From Bugula neritina (Eukaryota > Animalia > Bryozoa), in contig OZ037770.1 of NCBI GenBank assembly GCA_964035545.1, positions 2,480,001 to 2,544,000 of the forward strand: a stretch of 64,000 nucleotides of DNA. The letters run 5' to 3'. Numbering within the stretch: position 1 is the first letter of the stretch; the number at the start of each line of letters is the position of its first letter. A model generated the notes under the pieces. That model saw nothing but the letters and a program-made list of their open reading frames with translations, did not search any database and had not been told where the DNA came from. Shown in pieces: positions 12,286 to 42,377 of the stretch. The position numbers were made by a program, and so were the translations under genes.

Positions 12286-13242
12286 CTGACAGTCATCTCA
12301 TCACTAGACAATGGTACCTGCAGTGTGTGTTATATAGCAGAACAATATTCAGCTTTCCTATAAGATAGATTGTACAAACTATTCTATTTTGCAGTATTGT
12401 ATCTATTTATATTAAATAATTTAATATATAGTCAAGAGAGGCTTTGGTTTAAAATAAAAATTATTATAAGGCATATATGTAAGTATTCTTGCTGAAAATG
12501 GACAGTTTTAAAGACTTTATTCTGGTTACGAGTTCCAAACTACTTGGGTTGTCATAAATACATAATTATATGCTATATATGATGATGTTTTATATTGCAA
12601 TATTTTACAATATAATTAGTATTGACATATATCATTTGGTAAATAAAGCTCTTGTATTACAATGTAAACATAGAGTAAGTTTATTGTATTATATTCTGCA
12701 GTGTAGCATACATAATACAGTAGGATGTATGAATTAGAAAGGTAAGCTATAGAATACAATAATGTTTCACTATCTAATATAGTCACTGCTTGCCTTATCA
12801 AAACTGCACATGGGTTTTCTCACAATAGACTAAGCTTTACTCTACATCCATTGCTGCTCAAAGTAGGGCTACCAAATAGTCCCCTACCTTTTACTGGTTT
12901 AATAAGGGAACATTAGATAAAAATTATTAAGAAACAGGCCAGTTTAGCAAGGAGGAAAGAAACACAAAAGTTGCAGGTATGAAAATATTCTCATAACTAA
13001 AACACAGCATCAAGTAAAGAACTTTCACATGCATTCAGTTATAGTATAATTAGCATTGCTTATTTTTCTGTTCATGTTGGGCTCAACTACTAACTTTAGA
13101 CTTTTTTGTGAGACTAAGGATTGTTTTTCTTTTTTTTACAGTCATGTATCAAAGCAGTACTGTAAACAATGTTGCATTTCAAAGCAGTGATGCATACTGT
13201 ACAAGTTTACACTAGTCATTAAAGCATTGTGCTGCACAGTGG

Positions 13243-13321
13243 TATCTGTGGTGTAGTGGTTAGCTTGCCTGCTTGCAATCCGGAGCTCTGTGGTTCGAAT
13301 CCCGGCGTGGGAAAATTTTTT
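13243..13321 (+). repeat. tRNA-like element (family B; TGC pseudo-anticodon), pseudogene or SINE head
   Basis: A box TGGTGTAGTGG, CTTGCAA loop, B box GGTTCGAATCC and a T-run. The acceptor stem does not pair. Confidence 0.65.
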
Positions 13322-13401
13322 GCAGTTGTCATTGCTTGTAAGTTAGTGTTTTATGTTTAAATTTATTTATATGTGTATGTTTTACAGGAAAGACTATCAT
13401 A

Positions 13402-23631
<10,230 letters not shown>

Positions 23632-24266
23632 CATATTCAATTGTGTTTGAAAATGCTTGTTTCACATTATATGATGCAAATATAATACAAGTGTAAGTAA
23701 AACTATATATAAATATAGTATTTATTATATTATGTTATGCAAATATGATATATAGTAAGTTTTATTAGAATATAATATAATTATAATGAATGCAAATTAA
23801 ATTAGGAGATATAGTACAAAAATAATATAAGTGCAATGTAACTGTTATACAAATATAATATAAATTTAAAGCAAATATAATGCAATTCTAGTGCAAAAGT
23901 AATCAAAATATAATAAAAATATAACACAACTAGTATAAAGTGATGGCTATAACACATTATATACATTCTCTTTCAATTTTACATGTTACATGTAGTATTA
24001 GTATTAGCTTCACTATAGTGGCAGTAAAAGAACTTTTAAGGTAGCTTTGATAAATTGTTTATTTATGAGCAGCTGGAATATGTATTATGCTTATACATAA
24101 GAAAAATTTAGATTAAAACTAAGAAGTTCTTGGATAAAAAGTTACTCTGATAAGAAGATGTTAAGATCTCATGCAGGGAAGTGTCAATTCTATGATGCAT
24201 TTCGTCATATAAAAGTGTAAACTGTAATCTGTGCTCTTATATAACATTGTCAACTCATGACACACT

Positions 24267-24352
<86 letters not shown>

Positions 24353-24365
24353 AATATATATATAT

Positions 24366-24421
<56 letters not shown>

Positions 24422-25279
24422 ATATATATATATGTGTATATATATATATATATAAACGTGTCAACCAAACAGAGTGACCATACAAAAACATAAACACAAA
24501 ACAACTTAACTGCATAATAATATAGTCTATTATCTTTGAAATAGTGTGTCTGCTACAGCCAATTATCTTGCATGTTTATGCCTGTATAAGTATTGATTTT
24601 TAATTGCAGTCAATATAGATGCATGTGTGCTGTAATGTAATAACAATGTGATCCGGTATTTTTGAACAAATAAAAGCTAACTTTAAAAGTGATGGAGCAA
24701 TTGTGGTTTATGCATTCAGTCTAATTAGCTTCATTTAAACTATAGTTTGTTAGAGACTTCTTAAAAAGTGGTTGTGTAAGGAAGGCATTGAGTTGCACTG
24801 GTAAGTCGTTTATTGATAGTATCATCATATTATACTCAATGTATATATTATATTGATACTCAAAGTATATATAGATGTTATTGTATTAGATATAGGGCAC
24901 AGCTTTTATGAATATCGGCTTTTCCAACTTTATTTTGCATATGTATCAACATCCTTTTAAAAAGCATTTTATAAAATAAATTTTAACTAATTTTGGCCAT
25001 TTTTAAATTACTAAGCTAATCAAAACTTTGTGGAGATTCACTTTCTGCCCTAAATTCTAAAACAATATTTTAAAACGCAACGGAAGTTTTTTCAGCAGTA
25101 TGTTAATCCTCCTTGCTTATCAAGTTGTCTTATCATTTTGATTTTCAATAATTATATTATTATAGATATGAAAAAGTAAATAATAAATAATAATACAAAT
25201 AAATTATTCAACAAGCACAGACATTTACAAAACAATTATTTCTAGTATATTCATTGTGTTTGCAGCAGGGTGCTGAGTC

Positions 25280-28200
25280 ATGGAGACGTCAAAGGTGGAA
25301 TTCTTAGCTCAGAAACAAAACCGAGTGGCACAACATCGGCTAAATGATAAAATGACTCAAATAGACAGAGACTTCACTCTGTCTAAACTCGCTACTCGGA
25401 TATTCATCAAACAACTCAGGTTAGTGGCAGACAAGTTGTATAGTGGTGAGTTTACCCAGTGCTCTCGTGGTGTAATGGTAGCACACTTGCTTGCAAGTCA
25501 GAAGACTCGGGTTCGATTCCCAGTGGTGGCCAAATTATTTTTCACGGGTCAATATTTCAAAGGCCCATTGTCCCCTAAGCCATGTGTTACAATAATGAGT
25601 TATATAGAAGTAGAATAGCTTTTAAAATCATTGATGCTTATATTGCTTAGTTTTTGATAATTAGACTCTGCTATAAGTGGGGATTTATAAAGAAAAGAAT
25701 TTTTCAACATAATTACATGAGCTTATACTGCAATTCATAATTTATGCAGAACATTCGAGGCCGTGAGGTATAAATTTATATAATAATAAAAATGGAAAGC
25801 TCAAAAATAAAAGTTATTAAAACAGAATAAGTTTAATTGAATACTTTATCTTACTTTGTTGACCTGCAGGGTAAAAATATATCAACAGCTTTATTTTATT
25901 AAAAACTTTCATTATCAGGAGCCTTGGGATTTTGAAATATTGACTATAGTCATTAAGCAATTAAGTGTTTAGCTCAAAATAATGCACTATAACGTGTGCT
26001 GTATATATAGTATCTGTTTAATATATTACCTATATTTAGTAAATATCCAACTTATGCTTATATATAACCTATATAATTATGTAGTATTTATTCAACATAA
26101 TACCTATGTATAGTTAGTAAGTATTTAACATGCTACCTAGTATAATATATAGCTTTTATTCAACTTATTGCCTATATAAAAAGCTCAACAGTGACCTAGT
26201 TGAAATAATTACTTAACCTGAAATATAATAATAATATATTATATGCAATTCTCAGAGCAACCTATGCCATAAATCCAGTTCTTTGTAGTGCTTCAAAATT
26301 ACAGTTTTTAATTACTGGATCATATTTAATTAGTGAATTTACTAGAAAGCTTTAAAGCTATGTTTGATTTTAGCTTTAAAGGAAAAAAGCGTATGCAATG
26401 CTATGGAAAGAAGAAAAATACTTGTTACCATGGTTACTATTGCGACGTTATAAATTAGTAAACCATTTTAAATTTCCTCATTTACAAATGTTCAAAATTA
26501 TCATATAAACTATTATATATTATTCAATAACTACACACAAGTCTTAGATATAGCCTATGGTAGTTATAGGTTTGGCTTTTCTTTGTAGGTAATGTAGTCT
26601 AGCTAGCCACGTCCAGTTCGTGTTTACTTTATATCAATGGACTCAACACACTCAGATTTTACCGTAAATTGCTTCCACTATTGTCATACATCACGTTTAA
26701 GTGGTTTTTCGTTTGACAAGTTTCATGTACTCATTAGCACAGCGTGTTACTGAACACTGTAGACTAATGACACTCGAAGCAATGCATTTGTTAGACAACA
26801 AAACAACGAGAAAAAACAAACATACCGTTGAAAAATTAAAACTAAGCAAATAAATGAGATGTAACCAGATTAGTAAGTGATTATCAGCAAATGGGATTGG
26901 AGCTTTCAATACAGCTCTCGTGTTTTGCTTTGCAGTTGGTTTTGTTGGGATTTCCTGGTTACAAATAGATTATCTTTCATGCCTCTATATATAACAACAA
27001 TGATCTCTTTAACCACTTTATATATAACAACAATGATCTTTTTTACAACTTTATATATAGCAACAATGACTTTTTAATCCTTCAATAATCAATGATCACA
27101 TAGCTTGTAGCAACATGCAAGCCTATCCTGTTACTGTAGACCAAGTCAACCCCATATACTATACACTTGAAATTTGCATTCATTTTTAGCTTTTAAAAAA
27201 CACACAACTAAACCTCAATTGATTTCTTGCATGTTTATATTAACTTCATGCCTATACAATAGACATTCATCAAGTTCTGTCAACCCTATAAGCAGGTTCA
27301 AAGCAAGTTGAAAATTTTTTAATTATCTCTGCAAAAACATATGGTATAGCCCAGGTATATAGCATACTGCAGGTACTATAGGCCTACACCACATATCATA
27401 TGCTACTGTATACTTACCTGTATGGTATATATAGACCAGGCATTATAACATATTGCAGGTACTATAGGCCTACACCACATATATGCTACTGTATACTTAT
27501 ACCTGTATGACATATTATATAGCCCAGGTATAGCATACTGCAGGTATTATATTCTACTGTATATATTTACAGGTATGACATAGCCCAGGTAAAGAAATGC
27601 ACAGGTCACAGTCCACTTGCCCGTCCACCTACAGGGGAGGAAGACACCAGGGGGAGTAAGCGTCTACGCTGGGCATTGCCAGTGGTTAGTAGACCAGTGC
27701 TATATAATTATACCTGTATTCACTTTGTCTGCTCCAGCAGCCATTTATACTATCTCTTTGTAAATCCAAAGTTACATATGTATTTAGTCTTCTGCTCTGT
27801 CAGGGATAGTCAGGCTTTATTAAAAGGTTTCATTAGCTTGTTAATGACTGCGTTCCCACAGCTTCAAAGGTGAGGGTGTTGCTATAGATGAATTAGTGGT
27901 TTCGGTTTGCATGAACTTACAGTTGTGGTTTCATTCCATGCAACTATTTCCTTAAACTCTAAAAGTAAAATCCATTAACATAATGTATAGCAGTGAGACT
28001 GCAGTGATAGACTGCACCTTGTGCAGTACACTTCCTGGCATCATCGTTGACCTTAGCTGGTGGACAAATAGCCCAGTGCTTTAAGAACCATGGGTGCAGA
28101 TAATTCTTTATGAATGTTAGCAACATACTATCCATATTCTTTGCTACTTGTAATGGGTGTAGATATTATATAACAACTAATTACAATTCCCCAGTATAAC

Positions 28201-31200
28201 GTGTAAGTAATGAACAAATCCAACAAATGCAAACGTCATATTTTCTAGAAATTAGTAAAATATAAAAAGCATAAAATGATGTTTGAAAGGAACAATCCAA
28301 GCTTTTTTTAGCCAATTATTTAATAATGTGACTTTAATTCATTAGTTCTTCTTCAATAGACTGGTTTTTGGGGTGGTGTTTTTTTTGTTAAAATAATTAT
28401 TATTAATTATTTGTTGTGTTACAACTACCCATATTTTAACTATATATCGCTAACAACTATACTATTGTAATTGTGAATTAATTATAGTAACATCTTATAT
28501 AAGTCTGACAACCATTGCAGATGCCAAAGAGTGCAGGAATACCCCAAACAGCTAACCAAAATCCTCTGCAGACTGCGTCTGCCCACCAGCAGGTGCGAGC
28601 AACTTTTCCATCCTCTAATTTATTGACTAATGACGCTGAGAGAAACTCATCACCAGCCAAAAGAGAGAAAACAAACTTGTCGCTAGCGGATATAAATTTA
28701 TCTAATCGATTAGAGACAAGAGAAGATAAACCTTTGTCATCTAAGGAAAATGAAGGTTTGCCCAATTCCAGTGACAGCAACTCTGACCAAACATTGACAA
28801 ATATGAATAACACTGAACTAATTCCAGACAGCAATGAGAACTTACCTGCAGCTTCTAAGACTAAAAGTAAAGATGAAAAATCAGCATTTTTCCTCACACA
28901 AACTAGCGGTAAAGAAGAAATAGATCAACGACCGACCTCAAATGATCTTCTGAATTTTGGAGGCAAGTAAAATAATTGCTCATAAATTAAATTGAAAATA
29001 TTTCTAATTTTTCAAGCTTCAAAAACAATGCGGCAGATTAGTGAGGGAACTTATTGAATCAGGTGTGTTGAAAGCATTTAAAGCACACAATACACAAAAT
29101 AGTTGCACCTTAAATAGGTAAACATTTATAGATGCAGCACAAAGCTTAAGGTAACTGAGTGTATTATTTATATAGGCATTGTCTAAACTTGTCACCTAAA
29201 AACCACTGCACTCAATAACATTCCCAAACTTAGTAGTGCATTAAACGATTTCCTGATTATCCCTGTAAGAACTCCTGATGTAAAGGATTTTTAAAGCAGA
29301 TTTGTTTATTTGTGGCCCAGGAGCAATGATGACTGAATGCTCTTTCTAACAACACCAATGGCCTTTACCGAGGTTCAAACCTATAGCCAAACACTCTAAC
29401 CCCTAGACCACAGCTGCTTCTACCGATCAGGGAATGATTACTTATATTCTATAGAAAGTGAAGAGCTGTTCTCTCAAGATTTACCAGACAGTCAGTTGGA
29501 GAGAAAAGATATCTTAGCAAGAATAGAGGAAGCAAAGAGAATAATCAACATGCCGTCAGTTTACCAAACATCAAAGTTGAAATCTAATCGAGATATGAAA
29601 CTAAACAACAGGTTTGTCGAATTTATTTAATGGTTTATTTATTCATCTAAGTTTATTCAACTGTAGGTATAAAAAATATAAAATGTGCAATAGTCTTTTT
29701 ATCAACATTCATAGCATCTTTAACAAACTTCACAAACTTTTTTACAACTCCAACAGCACCACTTTTGCAGCTAAATTTAAAAAAAAATCTTTATAAAATT
29801 TCTCGTTATGGCTTTTTATTTGAACTGGTTTTTAACAAGATACACTGGCAGTAAATGTATCACTATACTGCTTGAATCATCATAAAGGCAACAAGTAATA
29901 AGTGTCATTTGCTTTATTCTCTTTTTTATCAAGCTCCATACGTGCATTAAATAAAGCAATTAAGTCGTTAAAACACATATTATAAAAAGTCATTATTTTT
30001 GGCATCAATTAATCTCATTTTGAAAGTAATGTACACTGCATGCAGCGTTTGTTAATTTGCTAGTATATTGTATATGATAATATATCATTTGTTACCTCAT
30101 GCATATGCGATAATATTATATCAAGTCATATATCGTATAATTTATTATAATATATCATACCACATATAATCTACGGCAGCTTTCACATTGCGGTAAGGCT
30201 GTCTTCTCTCACTTCAGAGTTCTCCCACCCATAGCTGTCTCGGCCCTGACTGCTATAAGTTCCGAAGCTGAGTACAAGAAAGAAAAAGACGAACTGAAAA
30301 CAGAAACCGCAAAAGAGAAAAACAAACAATCAGATAAGAAACCTGCAGATTTATACAGAAATAATCATGCAGAAGTATTAGCAGAAAGTGGAAGTAATAA
30401 CAAAGAGCCAGATGGAGTTCAAACAGATGTTATTCCAGAGGAGAATATTGAAAGTACCAAACGAGAAAATAGAATTAGTTTCACTCACAGAAATTCTGCA
30501 GGTTCGCCTTCTATAGGTTGGTGGTTATCTACATGTAAAAACAATTCAAAACCTAAAAGATTGGAAGTTTGATTTTATAGTAAACAGAAGCTATATATAT
30601 TATACTGCTGCAGAAATGGTTCCACATCTTAGCCATGCTGTTATTGTACTGCATTTTTAAACTCAAAGAGTCTTCAAATTATAAGTCAACAGACATGAAT
30701 TTCTTTGTGATAAAACACCAACATCTTATGTAATGCTTCATGAGATGTGATTTAGCAACTTAAATTATACATTATTTTACTTCTCCTTATAATTTAAAAA
30801 CAATGTTTTGTTGCAGGCATATAGATAAAGTCAAAAGGCCTGTTTTTGCCCACTATATAATCAACATGTGCCATTGACACTTGTCATTAAATAATTTTAG
30901 TATTGCAATAAATGCAATAAGTTTTTATAGAAATTAAAACTATATGTGGCTTTTAACTATATAATATATAATAATTTAATTTCCTTGCTCATGAATTGGT
31001 CAATAATAAAACCCAGCAATAGGTTTATAGATTGACTTGAGATAGACCAACTGCCAACTGGTATATCTAACAGCGCTTTTAACACAAATGATGTCGACGC
31101 AGATTAACTTCAATGGCTGTGGATAATATTCAAAAATTTTGTAGGAAAACCGAGTAAAGGTGTAGCTATACAGCAGCTACTTCAGTCCTCTCTGGCCAAG

Positions 31201-31461
31201 GCAGCGCGGCAGCGACGTGCTGACCGACGGGAACGTCAGAGACAGAAAGCAAAGACCAAACTCGCCATTGAGGCTCCCGAAGGTCTGTTCAGACCGGAGA
31301 ATATCAAACTGATTCACCAGACATTCAAGAAGGAGGAGCTCTACTTGGAACACAAGGAGTTGCTAGCCCAAAACAGCAGTCAGAAACATGTGCCTGTCCC
31401 CAGTCTACTCGGCATGAATAAACTTCAGAACAAACTGCAGGCTTTTCTACAGAAAGACTAA
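25280..31461 (+). CDS. Uncharacterised protein (about 488 aa): helical N-terminus, low-complexity middle, helical C-terminus; weakly CCDC190-like
   Basis: Phase-consistent exons 25280-25419, 27573-27684, 28521-28962 (or -28908), 29455-29611, 30218-30516, 31145-31461 (TAA). Ends LQNKLQAFLQKD. The family assignment is only an impression. Confidence 0.75.
25461..25543 (+). repeat. tRNA-like element (family B)
   Basis: TGGTGTAATGG..CTTGCTTGCAA..GGTTCGATTCC..TTATTTTT; poor acceptor stem. Confidence 0.65.
29248..29420 (-). mobile_element. tRNA-derived SINE family A copy (diverged)
   Basis: Same core and head sequence with internal deletions. Confidence 0.7.
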
Positions 31462-32610
31462 ATACAAACATTCTAATCAAAAATATATGCTATCTTGTAA
31501 CTAGGTGGGTATTTTTTATACAGCTCAACAAAGTTTTCAATTGTTCTCCAAACCAAGATAAATTATATAATATCGGTTTTCATGAAGTAAAATCTATATT
31601 CTGTATACACTATTTAATTTATGCAAAATAAAGTACATTTTATATTCTTCCAGCTTAACTTTACATTATTCAAGCCCTAAAGGACTATAATTTATTAGTT
31701 GATAGTATATATGCTTTGCATTATATAACAAACCAACCATTTTTAAAAAGAAAGTTTTAACAAAACCTAATTTTTTTAAATAAATGATGCAAGCAGCAAT
31801 TTATATTGCCTATGGTTGAATTTCTGTCAAATATAGAAATATTATGCTGTTATTTTGACTTCAACTGTTAGCAGCTATTAATTTATTTAATAAAATTTTC
31901 ATTGATGAAAAAAGAATATTCCAATGATTTCTAGCTTGTAAGGAATGAGCAATCTGGATTCATCAATGCTCATTGACTTTGAGTGTTTTGATAATCATAT
32001 TTACTATAATATTGCTTGTTTATAAGAATGTGCTGAAGGTGCAATATATTATATTGATTTATTTTAAAATAGAAGCATTACATAAGTGCTTGTCTGCTCA
32101 ACATTCAACTTTGTACCTCTCTATTCAAAGAGTCACAGTCGGAGTTTTCATCTCAAGCTAATCAGGATATAGTAGCATGATGCGCAACAAATGAATGTTA
32201 TTGCTTTTCTTCACGTTATGCATAAAGCATTAATTATTGGCGTGTAGATTGTCAGTTGTAAGTACGTGTTTATCCCTGCACTCTGTTGTACAACAAGTTG
32301 TGACTGTAGTTAGTGATTACATCTATGGGGGCAATATTTATAGGGGCTTTAAACAATAATATAAACTCTGCTTTAATAATTATTTAGTACTCAATCTAAG
32401 TTAGTTAAACTTAACGTTAATGTTTTTCTTTATACCATCATTATTTAGCCTAGCAGTCACTGTCTATTATCCAAAACTAAATTAAATTACAACTTTACAT
32501 ATTTTTTTATGGTAATATCATCATGGTTACATATTACTATATCTATTAGTATTATGGTTACTGTATGTTATTTTAGCTTTTTCACTTATTACTTTTGTTG
32601 TCTATGATAT

Positions 32611-32700
<90 letters not shown>

Positions 32701-32723
32701 TAAAATAGTTATTTGCACCCATA

Positions 32724-34393
32724 ATGCATCATTCTACCCGTAACCTCCGGCCCTTGCTAATGAACACATGCCCATGTCACCATAGAGTTGCCTTCCCTTC
32801 ACATACAACAGGCTGTAATTCCACTGCCCCGGAGTGCCGGCAAAGAATACCCACAAAGCATTGCATATGCCATTCAAACCTAAACTTAAAGCAATGTCAC
32901 TGGAAATGTGAGTGTAGAATATTATCTATATAGGTTGTAGGAATAATGATAGCCACTATCAAAGATTTGGAAAAAACACTTATATATTGGTCAAAGCCTA
33001 GACTATTGTGAAAACCTCTCATGACATTTGTAGTACTAAATTCACACAAGTTTATAGTCGCTATCCCTGTGAGACAGTTCTAGCTGAAGGAAAGGTTTTT
33101 TGTTAAAGTGGGCTAAGGGTTTGTTTAAATGAGGCACAGGAACAATTATGACTGGATGCTCTTCCTAACATCACCAATGGCCTTTGTCCGAGCTCAAAGC
33201 CATGACCTTCGTGTTTACTAGGCTCTAACGCTCTAACCTCTAGACCATGGCTGCTCCTTTGTATTTGTATTACTAAACATCATACTATAACGAATGGCTG
33301 TATACACTTTATGTTATAATATTGATAATTACTATTGTCTATATAGGCAATGATGCTAAGTCTTCAATTTATTTGCTGAATATTACATGATAATATTTTT
33401 CTTCTCCCAGGTTCTACTTGCATAGAAACCCCCCACTGCTGTACGGAGGATTGTTGTTGTCAAGGGAGCGCAACTCCATGTAAATCTGTCCAATCAGATG
33501 TTGGATTCCTGAGACCAGCTCTAACAGTGTCTTCAGTGCAGTGCAGGTGAGTGCAGGTGGGTAAAGGTGGGTATAGAGAGGTGCAGGGAGGTGTAGGTGG
33601 ATGAAGGAGGGATATATAAACAATTAAAATGCCTATATTTGTCTAATGTACAATGTAAATGTAATACTAGAAAACTTGTCAAATTGCTGAGTCATTACCA
33701 GAGTAATATTTTATTTCCATACTGCTCAGAATTGTGGAGGACAACTCCAGCAGTATATCGGAAAAGTCAGAATCTATAAAATGTGAAGCGGATACCACGA
33801 CGAGCCTTGAGTCCAACTCTAGGTGCGAGAACAAGCTGTGGGTGTACATATCTGGCATTGCGTTTGTAACCATCCTATTTTGTAAGTTGCTACTGCCTTT
33901 CCAACTTCTCAATTTAATTTTATATAGGCCTATAGGTACCTATTAATTTTCTTGCATCTGTTAATTTAATGATTTTTGAAAATAGATTGTTGTTTCATTA
34001 TTTTAATTCTGCAATTTGCAAAAGTAAATCATGGCATATTGGAAAACATTGTTGAATATTATTATAATGCTTCAGTTACTTGAAAATGTAGTGAGAACTC
34101 GGTGGGATGTATTGAAAAGTTTAGCAGTAGTCCTCGTGGTGTAATAATTAGCGGACGCATACTGGGTCGGATGTAATGATGAGCTCTATCTGTAGTCCTC
34201 GTGGTGTAATGGTTGGTGCACTTGCTTGCAAACCAGGGGTCCCAGGTCCGAGTCCCAGTGCAGGCAATTATTTTTCAGAAAATTGCAAACATTTTTTTCA
34301 GTTTTGCTGACTGGGTTGTACCAGAACTATGAGTTACTGCAAAGTATTTATGGCAACAGGAAGACTGGATTACCCTATCACAGGTGGACCTGA
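32724..34393 (+). CDS. Orphan Cys/His-rich protein with a C-terminal transmembrane helix (187 aa)
   Basis: Exons 32724-32907, 33411-33546, 33730-33881, 34302-34393 with consensus donors (GTGAGT, GTGAGT, GTAAGT) and CAG acceptors total 564 nt, stop-free to TGA. TM segment LWVYISGIAFVTILFFLLTGLY. Confidence 0.72.
33041..33258 (-). mobile_element. tRNA-derived SINE family A copy
   Basis: Aligns by eye to 10577-10793 over about 215 bp. Confidence 0.78.
34128..34276 (+). repeat. tRNA-like element (family B) preceded by a truncated duplicate head
   Basis: GTAGTCCTCGTGGTGTAAT occurs twice (about 34127 and 34192). The second copy continues CTTGCTTGCAA..GGTCCGAGTCCCAGTG..TTATTTTT. Confidence 0.6.
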
Positions 34394-34967
34394 TTCTTAG
34401 AACTAAGGCTACATGAAGCCATAACTTAGCCTGTACCACTAAAACAACTCTAAATTGAATAATTACTACAGTTTATTTTAAATGACTGGTTAAAATTATA
34501 GGATTAGCTGTGTTATATTTTTTAAAATCAATATTCTTATACTATAAGCATAAATTTTTTTTAACCATAATTGCCTTTTTGGCTGCTAGATGTATAAAAT
34601 AAATAAAATAGGTTTTGAACTCTTGAAAGGTGACTCCTACATTCATCATAATGTTTGCTGACTCAATTTGGATAATAATAATATATAAACTAGCATCTGT
34701 AGTTCTTTTTATTCACATTTTATGTGACGCGAATATTTCTGAAAAATAGCAACTTTGCAACAACTAACAATCAGCTGTGTAGAGTTAGCTCCCCTGCAAA
34801 ATATGGACTGGAAGTGAGTTTTCTACAATCTCATTCTACACAGAGTCCGTCTTGTTATCTAATAAGCACATTACATTGTAAATCTGATTGCAACAGTGAA
34901 CATTTTATAAATTAAAGGCTTGCAACATTTTCAGTTTGATCATGTGTAGACACAGGGTTATGGTTTC

Positions 34968-35130
34968 AAATCCCTATAAGCAGCTCTAAGCTAGGGGTGA
35001 CTGAGTGCAGCAATTCTGATTTTCGGATTTGAAGTTCAGTGATTATAGGCTAGAACTTTGAGCCCCCAACTCTAAACTCCAAACTACTGCACTCAGTCAC
35101 CCCAAACCTGGGACTGCTGTTATAGGATTT
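34968..35130. mobile_element. MITE-like inverted-repeat element
   Basis: GGGGTGACTGAGTGCAG (34994-35010) is the exact reverse complement of 35087-35103. Outer arms AAATCCCTATAAGCAGC and GCTGTTATAGGATTT also pair. Confidence 0.65.
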
Positions 35131-36262
35131 CCACTTTAATAGCTGCTCACTTATAATGCAGGGGTTTAACCCTGGCATTCATTTCCTATTTGAAATTATC
35201 ACAAGTTGCTCAAGCCTCATTTGATTATAGCCCTGCACCCTAATGTTCATCAGACAGTGCAGTTATAAACAACTATGAATTGAAGCCTGTGATGATAAAC
35301 TATATAAATTTCGGTGCAGATAACTTACATATAATTATATTGTTTTACATTTCACTAGCATTTGGCACTAAACTGAACATCCATCTTGCCTCTTAAAATC
35401 TCACGTAACTAAATATAGCCCCTACACTTGGTAGTCTATATTATATATATGTGAAAGTACTACAATAAAATATTATATTAGGTTGAACTTCATGAGAGCA
35501 CACAACTCCAAAATATGAATAATAATTATGGTGAAGCTGCCATTTCTGCGTCATATACTGTATATTACACATTTGCATAAACCTCAATCGTTTACAGCAG
35601 CTGTTTTGGGATTTGTCCCCTCATCAGTACAGAGTTCTACACCTTCGAAATATTAAAAACTTCTTTATATACTAAAGCATAATATTTAAATGGTGTGTAA
35701 ACTCAAGCCATAGAGTGCTCAAGTGACTCCATAGGACTAACGAGCTTTGCATAATACTTATTAGGAGCATATAGGAGTTTATGACCATGGTTAAAGAGCT
35801 CTTCTACTGAATAAATAGAGGGTCTTATGTGTATGTGGTATCATATGAAAAATGCTTAGCAATAGAATTAGGATTAAAGCAGGAGTATTCCCCCCATTTA
35901 GTTTTCAAGTAGAAACACTGTAACTAATGCATTACAGGAACCTTTGCACTACATACCATCGCCATATATTTAATGGTATTGTCAGAAATTACTTTAAAGC
36001 TAGAGAGTCAACAGAATGCTAGTATTATAATTTATATTATTTTCTGTGATCATTTATTCAACTAGTTTTGTTTATTCACTAAATTACCAACTTGAGTAAT
36101 TAATTGGTGAAAAGGTAGTCTACAGAAGAGCAGAATGTAAACTTCAGTGAAGCAATAAACACAGCACGATGAGGGAAGTTTATAAATAATATATTTAGTA
36201 TAAAGAGTAAAGAAACTAAAAAGGCTTTACAGGTAAATTGACTAGGCTGTGCAGGTGCTGCA

Positions 36263-42243
<5,981 letters not shown>

Positions 42244-42377
42244 GTTCGATTTAATTCCTGGAACCTAAAGCACAATAAATAATATACGTAATACCATTGA
42301 AATAAATGAAATGCTTCAGTTAATCCTAGTTTAAGTGTAACTTTCTAATTCATGAATGGCTATAAAATATTATTTGG

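Noticed and set aside
13243-13321. Functional tRNA-Ala(TGC) genes (also 25461 and 34195)
   Set aside because: Acceptor and anticodon stems do not pair properly; treated as tRNA-derived repeats.
26370-26960. Possible extra exon or nested gene in intron 1 of the uncharacterised gene
   Set aside because: I found no convincing open, phase-compatible exon; 25419 joins 27573 cleanly.
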